Source: Octopus vulgaris (Eukaryota). Taken from it: a DNA stretch of 64,000 bases. Within the stretch, counting starts at the first letter, position 1. Each line of letters starts with the position of its first letter. Where the stretch lies: positions 50,778,001-50,842,000 of the forward strand of contig OX597820.1 in assembly GCA_951406725.2 (NCBI GenBank), read 5' to 3'. The notes under the pieces were generated by a model. That model was not told where the DNA came from. It saw only the letters and a list, made by a program, of their open reading frames with translations, and did no database searches. Made by a program: the position numbers and the translations under genes. This document shows, piece after piece, positions 44,250 to 58,265 of this stretch.

Positions 44250-47129
44250 TAACTAGAGGGATTTTATTTCAGTTTCCGCTCGCAAAACAGTGACCTCGGT
44301 ATCTCCAAATGGTTCAGCATTTTTTAAAATCAATCTTGATAAGCAATCATCGTGTCCTAAGTTATTAGATGTTATATACTCCATCTTAAAATCATAGTTT
44401 AATAATATAGTACCCCAACGTTGCAGTCTGTTAGCAGTGTAGGTAGTGATTCCTTTCTTCGACCCATATATTGATAATAACGGACGATGATCAGTCTGCA
44501 GTCAAACATTTCTAATGTGTAAAAATGTATGGCAGAAACGAATGATAGAGCCCCTTTTCCGATTTGGCTGTGATTTTTCTCTGCTGTTATATCAGAGAAG
44601 GTGAGGCGTGAAACACTGCCTACATATTACCATCTTTATATTTATGTAACATTACTGCTCCACTCAGAGGCATCTGGAGCTACAACAATCTCCGCTGCAG
44701 GATCGAAATGTGCTTACCACAGATCAGATGTTAATAAATTTAAAATTTTCAGGCCAATTTCACTTTACATCTTATTTTAATAGATTATTTAATGGAAAAC
44801 TTACCTTATGCATATTTGGAATATAAGTTTGATAATAGTTTGCCGGCCCCGAAAAAGCTTGGAAGGTAGATGTATTTATTGGAGAAGGAATAATTTAATT
44901 ACCCTCGACCGATCTGGTCAACGTCCATCTCTGTCAATGATTTCCTAAATATTTTATTTTCGATAACCGTAATCTCTAATTTTTTGAACACATATTTAAC
45001 ATGCTCTACGTGTCGGTCCCCTGACTCGCTTTTTATGAGTATATTATCCAGATACAGATTTGCTAATTCACAGTCCGCTAACATTGCATCCATAATCTGT
45101 GACTTTTAAGCCAAATGGAAGCATGTTGTATTTATGCGGTTCTTTATGTGAGTCAATTGTTAGATATTTAGAGCATTCCTCGTCTACCCCAATGTGTAGG
45201 TACGCGTCAGAGAGATCGAATTTAGGAAATATCTTGTTGCTGTTTCATTTCTCAAATATATCCACAGCAGTAGATGACAAATAGTAGGAAGTTTTAAGAC
45301 ATTATTTTAAACCAGTGGAAAAATCAGCACACACACGCATTTTATTATTCTTTTGCATAGCGTACACAGTTAGGGATGTCCATAGAGTATATTCCACTTT
45401 TTGAATAACTCCAATTATTTTTACCTCTCTAACTCCAAGTTTATTAGTTACGATATGGCATTTTCTTATATTTGAATCTTCACGTTCGATTTTGTGCACA
45501 AACCTAATTCATCAGACAGAACTGCAGTAAAAATCTTTAATTTTCTAAAAAAATTCCTGATGACTTATATGCACTGGTGGGGAAAAAAAGCATTCACATG
45601 TTCATAGAAAACATTTATAGAGAGATACCATAAGTCCAATATTTACACTCAGTCTGTTCTGAATAAATTTGTCGTATTATTGAACACAAACTTTGGATTT
45701 TAAGCTTTGCCCACGAAATGTAATGTCACCATTTTGCCCCTCAAATATTATTTTTCTCTCGAAACACCACATACCATTTTCGAAGTCTCTTTTCATGTAA
45801 GTCTCCTGATTTTTTTCCGTGCATCTGCGTTAATTATCGAGACAACACTGCCGTATCCAATTTTAACTTTACGTTTAGTTGTTTATCTTTCCATCCACAA
45901 ATTTCCTTTGAGGTTCGTTCGGATTTCTTATCACCTATAGCCTCTTTACGTGATTTTTTCTTGAACTATTTTTTAGGCTTCGTTTTACACAGTGATCTTT
46001 TTTCTGACTTATCTTACAACCCTTGAAGTATTTTATATTTTTAAACGGGGTGTTACTTCTAAAATGTAGACCAGCGCACCCATAATATGGATTCGACCTT
46101 GACACGTTTTTCTCATTTTTCATATCCGTTACCAGTCGACACGCATGAATATGAGAGCAATCTCTTTGTGCCATTTTATCTGTGTCATGTCTTAGATTTA
46201 TAATCTATTTGGTATTCGTTTGTTACTGCCTGCAGAGATAACTTTTGATCTTGTTCTAATGTCGATAATATAAGCCCTTGTTGAAAAATTAGACATTTGG
46301 ACATGTGTGGGCTAAATTCATTCAATTTAAATTTTTCACACTTTCTGTTAACAACTCCGGCATATTTAACGAAATGTTCCTCTTTTTTGACCAACGACTA
46401 CCAACGATTTTTGAACATTATTGAACAGGGACTTCCTGTCACTAAATAATTTCGATTAGCTATTAATTGATTCTTCCAAAGAAATCTTACATGGTTTCTT
46501 TGCCAGAATATAAATACTATATTTTTTGTGATCGGCAGGGGATAACTTTTCTTAAAAGCAGCCATACTTTTTTCTCATTAGAAAATTTTTACATTCTTCT
46601 TTGAATATTTCTTCGAATGTGCGAAAATATTTAGAGGAGGGAAATTTCTTCTGGGTTATAGCTGAATTCTTCCATTGAATTTGCTGCACTGTCTGGCGAG
46701 CACGAACCTGGAGTATTTTCAGACTTCTTCAGCATTAATTCTGTTAATAACTGTTGATTTTGTTGTAGTTGCTGTGTTGCTGTTACTACTGTTGTTCCGG
46801 CTCTAGCTGTTGGAACTGCATCACCGAGACTAATAGGTCTTCCATGCTAAAACAGTTTTTTGCTTACTCTCGTACCAAAAAAACAATTGTAAATGGCCAA
46901 CGCCTCGAACAACTCGTCACCACTTTTATATCCTGAATTTTGAATATATAATTTAACGAAGCATGGAAGACGGACACGACGTAATACGATTACTGTTACA
47001 CGAGAGTCAACGCTCTTAATCAACGGCTCACAATGAACAGCTTGCTCCATTTCTCATAGTCCTTCATTTTATAGCAATGTGTTTGTCCACTTTCATTCTC
47101 ATGGAGGTGGACGGAATCCTTCCACAACA
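44250..47129 (-). mobile_element. Decayed Gypsy/Ty3 LTR retrotransposon (gag-protease-RT-RNase H)
   Basis: RVCADFSTGLK, DLSDAY, LPFGLK, YLDNILI, DAS, TDHRPLLSIYGSKKG..ANRLQRW..L.NYDF; integrase and 3' LTR not recognised. Confidence 0.85.
46913..47129 (-). promoter_or_regulatory. Putative 5' LTR (~205 bp) and primer-binding site
   Basis: Minus strand starts TGTTGTGG, contains GCTATAAAA, followed by TGGTGACGAG (46913-46922) upstream of gag. Confidence 0.6.
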
Positions 47130-47189
47130 TTAGTACATGCATAATAAGGGTGTACCAGTACTGAAATATCAACATCATGGACTGAAATT

Positions 47190-48240
<1,051 letters not shown>

Positions 48241-49957
48241 AGTTAGGTCTAACATGGCAAACATTCTTAAGTAGTTTCATCAATACCTTTCAAATAGACT
48301 GTCAGTAAATGCACATTATTTCTTTGCTTTTTTAAAAAGAGACAAATGGTTATTGTGTCATTATTGAAGTGAATATTTATCCAGCTCTGAATCCAATAAT
48401 GAAATACTTCCGATGTGACATTATTTTGTTCAATGAGATATGAAATGAGATACATGCAGTTGTTCAAATATCTAAACTTAAATTTAAACAAACAATTTCT
48501 AATGATACAAACCTGCGCCGAATGAAAATGAGTTGGATTTCAAATGATTTTGCAGATTTTATTTTCCTACAGATTTAGCTTGATGGTACCTGTGTTATCA
48601 AAAAGAAGGTTCACATTTGTTTGTTTGAGTATGAATGAATATCAGAACATACCTGTTTATTCATTTCTGTAAAGAAAAGTAATAAAATAAGATCGGTATC
48701 CGACACTAATGGTCATGTCTTGTACAGCACTGCTAATACACACGCTTCTCGTACATTTGAATTAATAAAGTAGCCTTGGACGTCAAACTGCGAAATTAGA
48801 AGATCAAAAATCACAGAAAACCATACTAGTCCCTGAAAGACTAAATAAACATCGTTATTTATAGTATTGATATACACAAGGGTTATTAATATAAAATGGT
48901 AAGCAGATTTTTTCTAAATATTTCAAGTTAGAACTTGTTTCGAAATCCTCTTAAGAAGGGATCAGTAATACATAATTTAAGGTCCACATTATATTGAAGC
49001 TAAATGAATTAGAAAAATACAGTTATACCTACCACTTTATGAGTAATGAAAAACACATCCTTAGTCCACATGCTATTATCTTAAAATGTGATCTCACTGC
49101 CTAAACTAGACCTTAATTAACTGAAAAGAGAGATTTTCGTTGATAGAGAGTCAATATACATCTAGCATCACGTTTAAAGTAACCCAGTGTTAAGTATGAA
49201 TGCGAAGACACGAACATCTTAAGCTGCGTCTAAATACAATATAAATACAACTTCAATTATAAAACTACTGCTTACGAATAAGCTATGGAAATAAGTTTTA
49301 TAAAGGCAAGTAACTGTTTCTTTCTGTCTCATTTGAAGCTAGAAGCAAGTAGTAAAAATTCTAATATTCTCACCAATCATGTTGTGAAGCGAATCACACT
49401 CGTAACACGCTTCGAAATATTCTAGAATCACCTGCCATATCTCTCTCCTATGACACTGTGTCGAACGTGGCACCCTAACTCTCAGGAGCCGCAGAAATGT
49501 TGAATGTTCTCACTCTCATTGGTCTAATTAAAATTATCAAGATGTTATGCACCAATGTATTGTTTTTAATTGCAGCGCATATACAATGGGCAAGGTATTA
49601 ATTTCTGCAGATGAAAATATGAACATTTGAGTACTTTCTTCTTAAGAGCCACAGGATAAATCTACCACAATAGATCATATTACACAGACTCAGACACATG
49701 CATACAATATATGTATGTGTGTGTGCGTGGGTGGGTGGGTGCGTGCGTGTGTTTCGTAACAGCATATCAGGAAAAGCTTTAGTTTAATAAAATACGCATA
49801 TATGTCTGTTTGTGTATATATACATATACATATATATTCACACGTACATGTGTGTGCGTATTCGCGTGCATGTGTGTTCATGTGTGTGCGTGCGTGTGTG
49901 TTTGTCTGTGTATATATATATATACTTTATTTTAAGCAGCAGAAAATTCAACAAAAT

Positions 49958-49995
49958 CTGTTACTCTGAGTTTCTCGTTGCCGTTCATCAGACAG
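49958..49995 (-). ncRNA. Minimal type-I hammerhead ribozyme (identical minus-strand copy)
   Basis: Exact reverse complement of 50012-50049. Confidence 0.85.
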
Positions 49996-50011
49996 TTTTT
50001 GCTAGCAAAAA

Positions 50012-50049
50012 CTGTCTGATGAACGGCAACGAGAAACTCAGAGTAACAG
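50012..50049 (+). ncRNA. Minimal type-I hammerhead ribozyme
   Basis: CTGT-CTGATGA-A-CG-GCAA-CG-A-GAAA-CTCAGAG-TA-ACAG: stem I CTGT/ACAG, GNRA-capped 2-bp stem II, quasi-palindromic stem III, GUA triplet. Confidence 0.85.
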
Positions 50050-50489
50050 ATTTTGTTGAATTTTCTGCTGCTTAAAATAAAGCATATTACTCTACCACTG
50101 GTATTTGAGTACTCTTTTTTCCACCTTGTTTCACATTTATGTGTTTACTCCGGTATATATATATATTGAAAAACAGAGAAATGAGAGATACATTGCACCT
50201 GCCTCTGTCTTTTCTACGCCGTCAAATTATAACTGATATCGAAGGTGAAGTAGTCTCTTACACTCACATTCTATACCTAAACGCCTTATCCTAGTTTCCA
50301 CAATTACGACTAGGGTTACTTTTCACTCGTAAAACCTCGACCTGTGTTTTTCGATTACAAAGGATACATATCGCGCGGGAGTCAGTTTTCGAGTCGCATC
50401 GAAAAGATAAGCGATTTTGCAAAAGGCTTGCAAAGGGGCATACAAAAGTCATTTACACGAAAGGGACAATGTTAGATTTCTGAACGCTA

Positions 50490-50625
50490 CAAAGAAAGAA
50501 AGAAAGAAAGAAAGGAGGAAAGAAGAAGAAGAAGAAGAAGAAGAAGAAGAAGAAGAAGAAGAAGAAGAAGAAGAAGAAGAAGAAGAAGAAGAAGAACAAC
50601 AACAACAACAACAACTACAACAACA
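50490..50625. repeat. (GAAA)n/(GAA)n/(CAA)n microsatellite
   Basis: Directly visible. Confidence 0.95.
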
Positions 50626-51512
50626 GGAAGGAAAGCACAATTCAAAGAAAAGATAATAATATCTACAGGGTGTGCGAAGTATTTTGTGCTTGGAATATAA
50701 CTTCTAATTGAAAGCAATATTCAGAAACAAGAGGTGAGGACTAATATCAAAGACGAATACAAGAATGGGAATAAATGTAAAAATTATATATTAAATAAAG
50801 CTAATTACAGAAATAGTTGTCAGTTTCCGTCTACAGGCATAGAGTAGGACTTCAACAGAGCAGAATTTATATGTGCTGTTATCAGCAATATTGTTCACGT
50901 CATCAAAATAATTTCAAAGATAAAGAAAAACTTCATTTTCAATATCTATGCAATCTCTAAAGGAAAATCGTTCAACTAAAGTATTTTATATGTTTAAACA
51001 ACCATACATCACAGACACACAAACATATACACATACATACAATAAAATACACATAAAACATATAGCGCCAGTCTGATAAATAATTTATTGATTTCTACAC
51101 TAGAGAGTTAAATGTGATGTGTTAGAAACTGCATTTCTCTCGATACGAATGGTTTGGAAATGTTAATCAAACAAGAAGACAAAACAAGGAATCGCCCCTA
51201 ATAATTCTACTGACATTTTTGAATATACGCCAATTTTCAAAGTAAGATTTATTTCCCAAATAACACACGACTCTCGAAAATATTCTTTACAACAATATTA
51301 GTTGAACTATAAAACTTGCTATCTGCAACAATGCTGTCTAACTTTAAACTTTAGAGTGTAACATACCATGACGAAACACTTTGTATTGTTCAATAAAAAA
51401 AATGTGTTGTATATTCTCACTACCCATAACATAGAGATATTGATGCACAAACGGTAACAGATATATTCGCATGCACACATACATACGTACATACATGTAT
51501 ATATATATATGT

Positions 51513-51557
<45 letters not shown>

Positions 51558-51826
51558 CCGGTATGTATATCAGCATTTGTGTCTATATGTATGTATATAT
51601 ATGCGTATGTGTATACCTATACATACACACACACACACACACACACGTGTATTGTGTGCATGCATGTATGCAGATGTACGTTGGTAAATGTGTATATATG
51701 CATAAGTATTTATATATGTGTGCATCAATTTCTCTATATAAATACTTACATATATACTTATCTATAGGTGTCTACATAGGTGTATGTATCGAAATATACT
51801 AATTGATAAATACAATTGCAGATACA

Positions 51827-51862
<36 letters not shown>

Positions 51863-52168
51863 TACATACACACCATACATAATCAAAAACTAGCACACTA
51901 GCACACACAGACATGAAACACTTTTGCAACCAAACACACACACGCACACATGCACGCATATACACACACAGAGGTATAGATATATAAATTTTACGTATAT
52001 ATGGCGTACGCCCACAAACTGAATTCATTTAACTGGCAATTCACAGCCGGTTACCTGCCGGCTAAGTAACAGAACGTGGAGATCTAGCTTTAAAGCATTA
52101 ACCGGATGTACAGCAGTAGAATGCTTGGCTGATTGCCTCTTTAAATTGCCTATTACATACACAGTCAT

Positions 52169-52272
<104 letters not shown>

Positions 52273-52340
52273 AATACTACTACCACCACCACCACTACTA
52301 CTAAGGCTACTGCTGCTGCCGCTACCGCTACTACTACGAA

Positions 52341-52416
<76 letters not shown>

Positions 52417-52417
<1 letters not shown>

Positions 52418-54660
52418 TCCAACGTAGATATGTGATTGGTTAGCAAGAGCTATTACTTACCTACTCCCGAAGAATAATGAAACCAAATCTCCCCAGAACT
52501 ATCGGCCCATAACATGTCTATCTACCACGTATAAAATTTTAACGTCCATTCTCGTGGAGAAAACATACGAATTTATGGAACAGAACGATATTTTCCCCAC
52601 TAAACAAATAGGGAGCCAACGCACTAAACAAAACGGAAGGCTCATATGCATGCAAAGACCAACTCTTAATCAAATGCATGATCCTTGAGAACTGTGATAA
52701 CAAACGCAGAAATCTCAGTTCTGCATGGTTTGGTTGTAAAAAGGCTTTCGACGGCCAGCATACCGCATTCATGGATCTTGAAATCACTGGACATCTTCAA
52801 AATTTCTCCTGTGATTTCAAACTTCGAATCTCCAACGATACCACTCTAATGGAGTAGTGACCACAAAAAAAAATATTAGTATCAACAGCGGTGTTTTCCA
52901 AAGTGGCTTAATTTCACCTTTAAATTTCTTCTTAGCCCTAATACCTCTTACAAGTGAACTTAACAGAACAGGGTATGGATATGAAATTGGTGACAAGAAT
53001 ATAAGTCATTTATTTTATGTGGATGATTTAAAACTCTATGGCAAAGACGATAATGTGCTTGAAGGACTGTTATGTACCGTGAAAACATTCAGTGATGATA
53101 CTGGGGTGGAATTTGGGCTTCATAAATGTATCAAGGCCATTTTACACTTTCAATGGAGTTGGATGTTGACACAGTCATAAATGAACTCGAGAAGCAACAA
53201 ACTTATAAGTGCCTCGGAGTAAATGTGTGTTCTGGTATTCAGCATGGAAGTATGAACGAGAAGATCAGGAAGGAGTGTTTCAAGACAGTTCGAGCAGTCC
53301 TAAAATCCGAGTTAAATAGACGTAACTAGTTATTAGCTATAATTTCCATAGCAATTCCGGTTGTTATTTACAATTTCAATGTGTTGAACTACAATATCAG
53401 CGAAATAAGGAAGATTATATTCCAAAGCTGCTTACTTCAAATAAGATGCGTCACCCAAAGGCAGACGCCGATCGCCTTTGCCTACCAAGAGCTCAAGGAG
53501 GTCCAGGCTTGATCCAATTTAAAATCTCCTACAAAGCCATCTCAGTTGAACTGGCAAAATATCATAAAACATCTAACGACTGGATGCTAAAGCTCTTTGA
53601 AAACCATGTAAGACGTAAGTAGTTATATTGTTATGAAGGAGGGCAAAAACTTTCAAATGAGCTCATGCATAATACCCAGGTTGAACAGCATGTGGAAAGT
53701 GCAGCAACTGTAGTTTCAAAGATTTGGCCTATAGCAAACAAGGTGATGTAGCTACGGAGCCCAGAGCTAAAGGCAGAGGGTGAAAGCTTTATCTTGGCTA
53801 CCCAAGATTAGAGCTTATTGACCCGGAACTATCAAGCCATGTGATGAATCTGGTGTAGATCAAAAGTGCTGATACTACAACGATGATATAGAAACAGTCA
53901 ATCACCTAATCTCTGGGTGTAAGATTTTAGCATCTGTAGAGTACAAATCAAGATATGAGAAGTTGGCCAATACCTAGATTGGATAATGTTTCGGCATTAT
54001 AAAATCAAAACTGCTGTCAAATGGTACAATCACCACTCTGAGGCTGTAACTGAGGGAGAAAATATAGCTATTCTTTGGGACTTCCCAGTATGTACAGACA
54101 GGACCATCAAAACAAGCAAACCAGGTATTTCTGTGAAAGACAAAAACAATGAAGCCTGTTTATTGATTGACATGAGCATACCCTATGACCATAATACCTC
54201 GGCAAAAGAATTTGATAAACTCAGAAAATATAAAGATCTGCTAATCGAAATGGGATAAAGGTGGCATCTCTAGACGGTTACAATACCAGAGATTGCAGGA
54301 GCACTTGGAATGATCAAAAAATGAACTGAAAAATATTTAAGACTGATCCCTGGTTTAACATCCATAGTGGAAGTGCAAAAGATTGTCTTAATTTGTACGT
54401 CACACGTACTGAGAAGCGTATTGTCGCTGTGAATGTTGTTTCTCTTATTCCCTTTTATTTTCGCTCTTTACTTATTTTATTTCTTTATATTTTCTCTTTG
54501 TCTTTCGTTCCCCTTTTCCCTGTCACATAACTTTGTAAATGGACAATTTGGTGTGTTTATTTTACTGGCCTACCAATGTATATGGTGCGTTTCTTTGCCC
54601 TAGATGTCAGGAAGACACTCGTCAAGAAATGGAAACTGAATGTAAAGAAGATGATAATGG
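52417..54660 (+). mobile_element. Decayed R4/Dong-type LINE (RT, CCHC, RLE)
   Basis: NYRPITCLSTTYKIL, KAFD, GVFQSGLISPL, SHLFYVDDLKLY, YKCLG, ILWDFPV.TDRTIK.SKP, KYKDL; follows (TAA)n. Confidence 0.9.
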
Positions 54661-54705
54661 AATAATAATAATAACATTAAAATTAATACTCATGATGAAG
54701 ATTTT

Positions 54706-54942
54706 AAGTATTGGCACAAGTTCAGCAATTTCAGGGAAGTTGGAATAGTCGATTACATCAACACCAGTGTATAAGTGGTACTTATTTTATCGACCCCAAT
54801 ACTGAACTGGTACTTATCGACCCAGAAATGATGAAAGGCAGAGTCAACGTCGGAAGAATCGCAACTTAGAATGTAAAGACGGACAAAAAGCCATTAAGTA
54901 CTTTGTCTGGCGTGTTCACGATTATACTAGTTCTCCGCCTTA
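54706..54942 (-). mobile_element. tRNA-derived SINE
   Basis: Minus AAGGCGGAGAACTAG..AATCGTGAACACGCC...TTGACTCTGCCTTTCATC...GGGGTCGATAAAATAAGTACC; homologous to 26461 and 28610. Confidence 0.8.
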
Positions 54943-54970
54943 GAAATAATGATGATGATGATGATGATGA

Positions 54971-55041
<71 letters not shown>

Positions 55042-55045
55042 TTAT

Positions 55046-55092
<47 letters not shown>

Positions 55093-55119
55093 ATAATAAT
55101 AAAATTAAAACAACAACAA

Positions 55120-56290
55120 CAGTAGCAGAAACTAACCAACTCGATCACACTAACCGAAAGACTATGAAAATATATAGTACCCGCCAACTAAAGGCAGATA
55201 AACACAGGCTCTACATGACAAGGGGTAAAGGTGGACGTGGGCTGATTTGAGTAGAGGAGTGCATCAACAATGAAAGATGAAATATGGCAGAATATTTGGT
55301 AAACAGCAAGCAAAATCTGCTTGAATATGCCGCTAATCAAGAAGGATTTAACAAAGATGTACTTCAGATTGCTCATAAATACAGATCGATAACAGCCAAT
55401 GAGAGAGAGGAAACCCCTCCCCGAATGGAATTACACGCTCAGTTCCACTGTGAAACCATCAAAGTAAAAGACCAGGAAGCATCTTTGGAAATGGCTCCAG
55501 AAGATTGACATAAAAAAAGAATACTGAAAGCCTAATCATCGCGGCCCAGGATCAGACATTCAATACCAACTCAGTGAAAAGGCATATATACCACACAGAT
55601 ACATCGGACCTCTGCAGAATGCGTGTGAAGGGGTACGAAAGCGTGACTCACATTGTGAGTGTTTGTGAAAGTCTTGCGCAGAAAGAGTACAAGCGTAAAC
55701 ACGACAAGGTAGCCCAAAACCTCCACTGGCCACTATACCATAAGTGTGGATATGAGGTTACGGGTGCTTGGTGCCAACATACACCGGAATAGGCAACGTG
55801 TGAAAAGGGAAGGCAAAAATCTTTGACTTTGACATCCGGACAGATATGGTGTTCGAGCACCAAAGACCGGATATAGTAACATTTAGGAGGGACAGAGAAA
55901 AGTGCGTACTAATTGATGTAGCAGCACTAAGAGATCAACATATCATCATGGAAGAAGGAAAAGGTTGATAAATATGGAGACCTGCGAAATGAGATCAATA
56001 AGATGTGGAAGCTACGAGAGTCAAACATAAAGTTTATCCCTATTGTCATCGGAGCATTGGGTTCAATATCACCCAATCTGGAAAAAAAAAGAGAAACATC
56101 TGAAAACATTAGAAATACCCTAGAATCTAGAGTATTGCAAAAGTCGGCATTACTTGGAACCGCATGCATATTGAGTAAAGTACTGTCTGTCTGAAGTACT
56201 TGTGATTTGACTGAGTGTACTAACACCGATAGACACAATCAATAACCTCACGGTGTACTGTGTACTGTGTAACGTCTACAATAATAATAT
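55120..56290 (+). mobile_element. Decayed R4/Dong-type LINE 3' part
   Basis: RLYMTRGKGGRGLI, AAQDQ, CRM..ESVTHIVSVC..LAQKEYKRKHD, RPDI, PIVIGALG, QKSALLGTA; ends in ATAATAATA. Confidence 0.88.
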
Positions 56291-57990
56291 TGAAAATTAT
56301 AAACACCTTGATGCAATACCGGACTGTGGGACGATAACATCTACAATCATATAGCAATGAGTGAGTGAGTGAGTGATCACAAAAAGATTACAAGCTGCAT
56401 CATAGCTATTTCTGTTAATGTGAGCCAACCTTTCGGGTTCGAAGTAAGAGGTAAATTTCTGATAACGTGTTGTGAATGTGATGGTGAATGAAAAATACAT
56501 AATTTTATGAGACTTCTCCTTACAATCTGTCCCTGCTATTGAAAACTTAATAAGTTATGTTTAATATTATTATTATAATATATTACTTTTATTTGGCCTC
56601 TTTCCTTCATTTTAAGATATATGCTCTTCGGAACTTACGCGATTGCATCACATCAAGTCTGTTTTGCGATAAACATTAAGTTATGCCAAGACTGTCATAA
56701 TTATTTCAGTCTTCTGATTAGGGCTGTCGGTTATCATGGCTTATAAGTGACCTCTACTAATGGGACACGAATTTATGGGAGGATTAACGGTCAACAGATT
56801 GTAGCACATATTTTCAGCTGGATAGTCTGGAGCAACACGAAATGAATTGTTTTGCTTCAGAAACATACCACGTGGGTTTGGAAGCAAAACCGCAACCTTT
56901 TGCGAAACTGAACACCACAGAAATTCTTCGAATTTCACATGTTGATAGTTCAATGTATGTAAGGTTTTCTGGGACAGTTTACGCTTAGCGTAGTATTAAT
57001 ACTGATTTCTCCGATATAAATACTCTGGAATGCTGCTCTCAAATGTAACGGCATATCAGTCGCAAAGTCATCCTTAATACGCCCGTCATCGTGTATATAT
57101 TAATGTGTGTATTTCAAGAGCATGCTAAATCATAGACAAGACGATAATGTAAAGCTGAATGTTATAGAGCGTAGACGACAATATAGCATGTAAAGCCGAA
57201 ATCTGAGTTTTGTGATGAATTGGAGGTCCAAATTCTGCCAACAGAATTAGGTTAAAAATGAAAATCTCTCAACTATTTCATCCTTATTAACAATAAAGTG
57301 ACACGCAATAAAATTGTCGACAAGTTGTTCGCAGGAACTCCAATGTTGAGTTCAAAATTAAGTCTGTAACATATAATGATGCTTTTCATTGCTTTATTAG
57401 CTTTTCAGAGTAAAATCGATATATAAGCGATGCTACGTTGTATTGATTTTATTATCACCAATACGGTAAGTTACCTGAGATATACCAGTTTTCTAGCCAA
57501 AATGCAATTCTGCTCACTTTTGCTGAACTCCACAGCAACAGTAGATATGTAGAAACCCAGCAGTGTGTCGAAGATGAAATTTAACCTTGTTAAATATTTT
57601 CTGTTGTATACTATTATGAAAAAAATATTTTTTTGTCTTTTACTCATGTATTTCGAAAAATCAATATTATCTCTCCATGAACGACATTCCCTGACCCAAT
57701 GAATATTCTCGTACTGAGCAGAATATCAAATAAAATATGATAACATTCATATTTTTCGTAAGAATGTGTGAAACGCATAGTATAGAATAAATTGGTTTGG
57801 CTATGAATCGTAACAGATCACCTCACTGATAGTGTATGAACGGCATTTGGAACATTATTATTAGTCGATATGGAACTATTAGTGAGTGTATGTTTACGTT
57901 TGTAAATACCTGAATATACTCTTGTATCCACATGTCGGTTTCATTCTCTTACCATGTGTATGTATGTGCATGTATATGTATGTATGTTTG

Positions 57991-58071
<81 letters not shown>

Positions 58072-58088
58072 GTAGTAGTAATAATAAT

Positions 58089-58123
<35 letters not shown>

Positions 58124-58265
58124 CAACAACAACAATAATCGTTGGGTGGAAATTATAAACATTTAATGGATAACTAAGCGCGTTTCAAGAAATCACATGT
58201 GATCTGAAAATACGTATAATTATTATTATTATCATTATTATTATTATTATCATTATTATTATTAT

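Larger units (their letters stand above)
49925..50082. repeat. Perfect 158-bp palindrome (79-bp arms, no spacer) carrying two hammerheads
   Basis: Centre GCT|AGC at 50003/50004; symmetric out to CTTTATTTTAAGC / GCTTAAAATAAAG. Confidence 0.97.

Noticed and set aside
48690-48845. HDV-like ribozyme at the 5' end of an R4-like element
   Set aside because: Could not build the nested pseudoknot by eye
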